From Candidatus Bipolaricaulota bacterium (GTDB taxonomy: Bacteria > Bipolaricaulota > Bipolaricaulia > UBA7950 > UBA9294), in NCBI GenBank assembly GCA_023132915.1, contig JAGLXM010000145.1, positions 1 to 49,832 on the forward strand: a DNA stretch of 49,832 bases, given 5' to 3'. A program made the position numbers and the translations under genes. How positions within the stretch are numbered: position 1 is the stretch's first letter; each line of letters begins with the position of its first letter. The notes under the pieces were generated by a model. The model was given only the letters and a program-made list of their open reading frames with translations. It was not told where the DNA came from and ran no database searches. Shown here in pieces: positions 45,173 to 49,832 of this stretch.

Positions 45173-46311
45173 AAGTCTCGACGCGCAGCCCTGGAACTGT
45201 GCCCGCTTTTTGCTTCATCGAGCGCCATTGCGATATTCTCAAGACCAGTCGCTAGCTCCTGCCTTGTGGGCCATCCATAGCCAATCCTGAAGTACCGGTC
45301 ATCCTGCTCGAACCAGTGACCTGGGCCAACAAAGGTTTTGTAACGGTCCCACAGTAAGCGGTAAAATTTCCTCACATCGACTTCCATATCCTCCCTGATC
45401 CTAGGAAAACACACTGCTCCTCCTTTGGGTCGTATGTATTCCAGATCGGTCTGAGTCTTCATCCAGTCGCTTAAGACCTCGAAGTTCGCTTGCACATGGG
45501 CGTTGCCGTCGCTAATCAACTGGTCTTTCCTTTCTAGGACTGAGAGGGCAATCTTCTCATCGACCACTGAGTTACAGATGTTGATCTGCTCTTTCACGGC
45601 AAGAAAGGATTCCAGGAGAGAAGTGTTTCGCATTGCAATCCATCCGATGCGAATCCCTGGACAACCGTATGCTTTTGAGAGGGTCGATATACTGATTGCC
45701 TTTGGGCTCAAGGACGCTGCGGTTGGCAGTTTCGCATGAAAGGTGAGCTCGCGATAGGTCTCATCGAAGATGAGAAAAGTGTCAGAAGATTCAGCTATCG
45801 CGATGACCGCTTCCAAGGTGTCTTCGGAAATCATCGTTCCTGTTGGGTTATGCGGATGAGTGAGGCTGATCAGTTTGGTCTGTGGAGTTACCAGGTGCTT
45901 GAGCCTGTCTACGTCTAATTCGAATTGGGCTTCGAAGTGTAAAGGAAGGACATCCACTGTGCAGCCCAACGAGCGCGGCACCTCGTAGTTGGAGGGATAG
46001 TTTGGATGTTCCACGACTACGTGATCGCCCGGTTTGAGAAGTGTGGCCGCGACGACAAACAGGGCTTCTGCAGCACCACCGGTCACGAGAATCTGATCAA
46101 AGGGAAGCCCATCATACTGTTCGGCGATCTGTTCGCGAAGGGCAGGTTGCCCCCAGTGATGGCCGTAGCACATAAGAATTTTCCCCAGATCGATGTCTAT
46201 TCCACGGAGGTAGCGATCTGGGACCGAGCTCTCACTCAAGTTGTAGTCGATGGCACCATACCCGTATTCCTCAGGAGACTCCCTCTCTATCGCCATACGC
46301 TTAAACCGCAT
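45169..46311 (-). CDS. PLP-dependent aminotransferase, class I/II
   Basis: IDYNLSESSV, HPHNPTG, STLSKAYGCPGIRIGW (PLP lysine), 380 aa. Confidence 0.82.
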   Translation of the reverse strand: MRFKRMAIERESPEEYGYGAIDYNLSESSVPDRYLRGIDIDLGKILMCYGHHWGQPALREQIAEQYDGLPFDQILVTGGAAEALFVVAATLLKPGDHVVVEHPNYPSNYEVPRSLGCTVDVLPLHFEAQFELDVDRLKHLVTPQTKLISLTHPHNPTGTMISEDTLEAVIAIAESSDTFLIFDETYRELTFHAKLPTAASLSPKAISISTLSKAYGCPGIRIGWIAMRNTSLLESFLAVKEQINICNSVVDEKIALSVLERKDQLISDGNAHVQANFEVLSDWMKTQTDLEYIRPKGGAVCFPRIREDMEVDVRKFYRLLWDRYKTFVGPGHWFEQDDRYFRIGYGWPTRQELATGLENIAMALDEAKSGHSSRAARRDF

Positions 46312-46396
46312 AATAGAATCATCTCCTCATAAAGTGCCTTATATTGTCCGCAAACAGGTTACCAGTTAGACCATGTCTTAAAGCTTGGTTTGCACC

Positions 46397-47386
46397 TCAG
46401 ACCTCGATCGGTTCTCCCAGACCCTTTTCCGTTGCCTTTCGATAGGCCAGCAAGGCTATCACCGTATCCTGCACACCGACACCAGTTAGATCACATATAG
46501 TGATCTCTTCATCCGATCTACGGCCAGGCTTTTGGCCGGAGGAAAGCTGTCCCAGCTCGATGATCTCGTCATCCTGGGGAATAATGCCTTCCTCCAGTCC
46601 GTGATGCAACTCACCCAGGCGAAAACACTGCGATTTCCGGTCACAGGCTAGAAGATCAGCATGACGCAGCACGTCAGCGTGCAGCTCCTGCTTCTCCTCA
46701 GCATCAGCTCCCATCGCTGTGATGTGTAGTCCGGGGTGTAACCACTGGGCCTTCAGGTAAGGATCGTGCGATGGCGTCGTTGTTACTACGACATCGCTGC
46801 CTCTGACAACAGCCTCTGCATCCTCCGCCTTCATGATCTCCACACCCAGCACTGGTGCCATCTCTGAAGCGTACTGCTCAACCTCCTCGGGAATTATGCC
46901 GTAGATCATCAGTCTCCGAAAGTCACGCACTAGCTTTAGAGCCATCATCTGGTAGCGAGCTTGTGCGCCAGTCCCGATGACGCCGGCTGTATCGATCTTC
47001 TCACGGGCAAGATACTTGGCTGCTATTGCACCCGCAGCACCAGTGCGCACATTGGTCAAATAGCCGTTATCCAACATGAGCGCCTCAGGGACGCCGGTCT
47101 TGGCGCTTACGATCACCATTAGGCCACTGCCACTGGGCAAACCCAAGCGGTAGTTTTCGAAGAACCCTGAGGCTATCTTGATGGCAAAGCTGTCGAGTCC
47201 CCGTATATAGGCGGTCTTGACGTCCACCTCACCTTTATTCTCCGGGATGTCAACTCGCATTATGGGTGGTATGGTGGCCATCCCATTAGCCAAGCGAGTA
47301 AAACCATCCTCAACGATCTCAATCGCCTCTTGGTCCATCCCTACGCATCTCCGAATCTCAGACTCCGTCAATATAGTGATCGCCAT
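46397..47386 (-). CDS. ornithine cyclodeaminase / mu-crystallin family protein
   Basis: GYLTNVRTGAAGAIAAKYLA and VIGTGAQARYQ (Rossmann motif). AGGAGG SD 5 nt before the ATG at 47386. Confidence 0.82.
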   Translation of the reverse strand: MAITILTESEIRRCVGMDQEAIEIVEDGFTRLANGMATIPPIMRVDIPENKGEVDVKTAYIRGLDSFAIKIASGFFENYRLGLPSGSGLMVIVSAKTGVPEALMLDNGYLTNVRTGAAGAIAAKYLAREKIDTAGVIGTGAQARYQMMALKLVRDFRRLMIYGIIPEEVEQYASEMAPVLGVEIMKAEDAEAVVRGSDVVVTTTPSHDPYLKAQWLHPGLHITAMGADAEEKQELHADVLRHADLLACDRKSQCFRLGELHHGLEEGIIPQDDEIIELGQLSSGQKPGRRSDEEITICDLTGVGVQDTVIALLAYRKATEKGLGEPIEV

Positions 47387-47447
47387 CTTCACCTCCTTCG
47401 TGGTGTGTCCAGCCGCCGTCTCTGCTGGGTACTACCTCAACGACCGC

Positions 47448-48572
47448 TTATCTCTGGAGCTCAACAATCAACTCATGGATATGGTCCAGCCCTGCCTGAA
47501 GATAGTCAGGCGGCAGGCCAAAACCGATCCGCAGGTAATGATCCATGCCGAAGTGGTCTCCTGGAACGATGAAGACGCTCTTCTCACGCATCAACCGCTC
47601 TACTAATTCCGCGGAGTTGATATCGAGATGATAGCGAATGAAGGCGATCGCCGCGGCCTGCGGAGGAACCAGAGTGAAGGTGCCTTCGTGGCGCGCCAGC
47701 CATTCCTCCAAGATGGGAAAGCCTCGGCGGATGTAGCTGCGGGTGCGCTGGAGCAGGCGGGGGCGCACCTTCGGAGACAGTGCAATCGCTGCGAGCTTGT
47801 TGGCGAGCATGGTCGCACTGATCGCCGTGTATTCATGGCGAGCCCAGATTTCATCCACCATGTCCGGCGACCCCACCACCCACCCGATTCGCAGTCCTGG
47901 TAGGCCATAGGCCTTGCTCAAGCTGTTTGTCGCCAGCACCTTGTCGTACCGGCCCCAGAACGAGGGTGTCTGGGTATTGCTCAGCCGTTCGGCTCCACTG
48001 TAGACCTCATCGGCGAGAAGCCAGGCCCCTACCCGCTCAGCAACGGCTACGATGGCCTCCATCTCCGCTTCAGTGAGAATATGCCCTGTGGGGTTGTTCG
48101 GGTTACAGACGGCGATGAGTTTCGTTTGCTCCGTAATGACATCGTTTAATTCATCCAGGTCCGGGGCCCAGCCCAGATTTTCTTTGAGATGAAAGGCTCG
48201 TACTTTCGCTCCAAGGTTTTGAGCGACGCCCCAGATCTGCATGTAGTTGGGGAGCATGACCACAATCTCCTCTCCCGGCCTAAGAAGGGTTTGCAGCGCG
48301 TTAAAATTGGCCTCGGCACAGCCGACGGTGACAAGCACATTGTCGGGGCCAGCACCGGGATAGAGGGAAGTGATCTGCTCTCGTAGCTCGGAAATGCCGT
48401 TTGCCTGGGCGTATCCCAGCTTGGTGGTCAGCAGTTCCTCAACCACCGCCGGGTCGTCCACCAGCTCGCGGGCGGTGATGGGGTGAACCCCGCTCTCTGA
48501 CAGATTGTAGTCGACAACATTTTCCCATTTGGACATCATGCGTTCCATGGCGAATGGCTGAAAAGTGCTCAT
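47448..48572 (-). CDS. PLP-dependent aminotransferase, class I/II
   Basis: VDYNLSESGV, NPNNPTG, NSLSKAYGLPGLRIGW. AGGAGGG SD 8 nt before the ATG at 48572. Confidence 0.82.
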   Translation of the reverse strand: MSTFQPFAMERMMSKWENVVDYNLSESGVHPITARELVDDPAVVEELLTTKLGYAQANGISELREQITSLYPGAGPDNVLVTVGCAEANFNALQTLLRPGEEIVVMLPNYMQIWGVAQNLGAKVRAFHLKENLGWAPDLDELNDVITEQTKLIAVCNPNNPTGHILTEAEMEAIVAVAERVGAWLLADEVYSGAERLSNTQTPSFWGRYDKVLATNSLSKAYGLPGLRIGWVVGSPDMVDEIWARHEYTAISATMLANKLAAIALSPKVRPRLLQRTRSYIRRGFPILEEWLARHEGTFTLVPPQAAAIAFIRYHLDINSAELVERLMREKSVFIVPGDHFGMDHYLRIGFGLPPDYLQAGLDHIHELIVELQR

Positions 48573-48650
48573 ACGTTGCACCCTCCTTTTCCTCCCTGAT
48601 GCAAGATCTATTTTAAAATAACCTAACGCCGAAAAAACGGTCTGTCGAAG

Positions 48651-49646
48651 TTAACCTCCAGGGAGACGGTACTTCTCGGCAACCTTCAAGAGCACCGGCA
48701 GATCGACATTGCTGCCGCTAAGAACGACTACCACGTTGCGCCCAAGCTCTCCCACCCTTCGATGCAGAAGTGCTGCTATCCCCACGGCCCCACCGCCCTC
48801 TACAACAAGGCGATGCTGCTCCAAGCAAAAGGCCATCGCCTCCGCGATCTCCTCCTCCGAAACCAAGACGGCCTCGCCAACGTAGCCTTGGCACATGCGG
48901 AAGGTGTAGTGATTGACCGGACCGAGCCCTCCTACCAGGGCGTCGGCGATGGTCTCCTCTTCTTTCATCTCAACCGGTTTTCCCGCCTTTAGACTGTGGT
49001 ACATGACCGGTGCGCGATCCATCGTGACCCCGATCACTCGAATCGCAGGATTAGCAGATTTGAGTGCCAATGCGATCCCTGAGATCAGCCCACCTCCTGA
49101 GAGCGGCACAATGGCCGTATCGATCTCGGGGAGGTCCTCCAACAGTTCCAAGCCGATGGTGCCTTGACCAGCGATGACAAACGGATCATCAAACGGGTGA
49201 ATCATCGTCAATCCGCGTTTCTTCTGGAGCCTAAACGCGTGCTCCGTGGCATCATCGTAGGTCTTGCCATGCATCACGATCTCGGCGCCGAGGTGTTTCA
49301 GCGCATCAATCTTGTTCCGGGGAACTCCCTCCGAGAGGCAGATTACCGCTTGGATGCCCAATGTCTTGGCCACATAGGAGACGGCCCGACCGTGGTTGCC
49401 GGTGGAGACGGCGATGACTCCTCTTGTCTTTTCTTCCTCGGTGAGGTTGAGCATCTTATTGGCAGCTCCACGAATCTTAAAAGAACCTGTCTCCTGCAAC
49501 CCCTCAAGCTTTAAATAGACAGAGGTGCCTACATGGTCTTCTAATATAGGGCTACTGACCAGAGAAGTCCGCAAGACAATTGGAGCGATCCGCTGCTTGG
49601 CGAGATAGATATCGCGCATCGTTACAGCGGAGTTTGAAGCTATCAA
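48651..49646 (-). CDS. threonine/serine dehydratase-like PLP enzyme (fold type II)
   Basis: LKLEGLQETGSFKIRGAANK (PLP lysine) and GGGGLISG. Start uncertain (TTG 49646 or ATG 49619). Confidence 0.82.
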   Translation of the reverse strand: MIASNSAVTMRDIYLAKQRIAPIVLRTSLVSSPILEDHVGTSVYLKLEGLQETGSFKIRGAANKMLNLTEEEKTRGVIAVSTGNHGRAVSYVAKTLGIQAVICLSEGVPRNKIDALKHLGAEIVMHGKTYDDATEHAFRLQKKRGLTMIHPFDDPFVIAGQGTIGLELLEDLPEIDTAIVPLSGGGLISGIALALKSANPAIRVIGVTMDRAPVMYHSLKAGKPVEMKEEETIADALVGGLGPVNHYTFRMCQGYVGEAVLVSEEEIAEAMAFCLEQHRLVVEGGGAVGIAALLHRRVGELGRNVVVVLSGSNVDLPVLLKVAEKYRLPGG

Positions 49647-49832
49647 TTCTCCCTCGCTTTTGTTTGAGAGACAACGTCCCGCTTGAAAGTGGCCCAGATT
49701 ATCCTGGCTTTGATCTTAACAGGCGTTTACGCAACCCCTGCAGGGAGAACTCTCCCTCCCCCATGATTCCCTGCAAAGCACTGCGATTCTCAGGATCCTC
49801 TCCTGCGGATTGCCTTTGTTCTTGCTATCACC

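Overview
This is a chromosomal window from a moderately GC-rich bacterium with strong GGAGG-type ribosome-binding sites. I cannot assign a taxon without a database search. Most of it is housekeeping: rarA, acyP, an acyl-CoA ligase, trxB, xseBA, rnpA-greA-lysS, uvrC, frr, an F-type ATP synthase operon (atpIBEFHAGD) and tRNA-Ala, tRNA-Cys and tRNA-Val. The right third is an amino-acid catabolism region with four aminotransferases, gcvPA/PB, two SDRs, an ornithine-cyclodeaminase-like gene and a threonine-dehydratase-like gene. Three accessory patches interrupt this backbone. (1) A single 1260-aa gene (21313-25095) lies directly downstream of tRNA-Ala. It combines an Mrr-like PD-(D/E)xK nuclease N-terminus, a STAND-type P-loop NTPase and about 900 aa of helical C-terminal region. 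This Avs-like single-gene architecture is my top candidate for a defence or novel system. (2) A mosaic island of about 5 kb (about 11.6-16.6 kb) lies between an M42 peptidase gene and uvrC. It carries an AbiE pair with a frameshifted toxin, two type II toxin-antitoxin (TA) cassettes, an orphan 293-aa helical protein and a GC-rich attC-like element. Each TA cassette is bracketed by imperfect direct repeats of a neighbouring gene end. (3) Degraded mobile DNA follows tRNA-Cys/Val: a small ribbon-helix-helix (RHH) gene with a paralog at 1.4 kb, a dead IS3 orfA, and 640 bp of non-coding sequence. Other points are a pncA'-pncB' deletion remnant, a frameshifted acetamidase, an ATP synthase c subunit with a two-carboxylate Na+-type ion-binding signature, and no atpC after atpD. 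All calls rest on reading the ORF translations and the nucleotide sequence by eye. No BLAST, HMM or folding was run, so family assignments are motif-level inferences.
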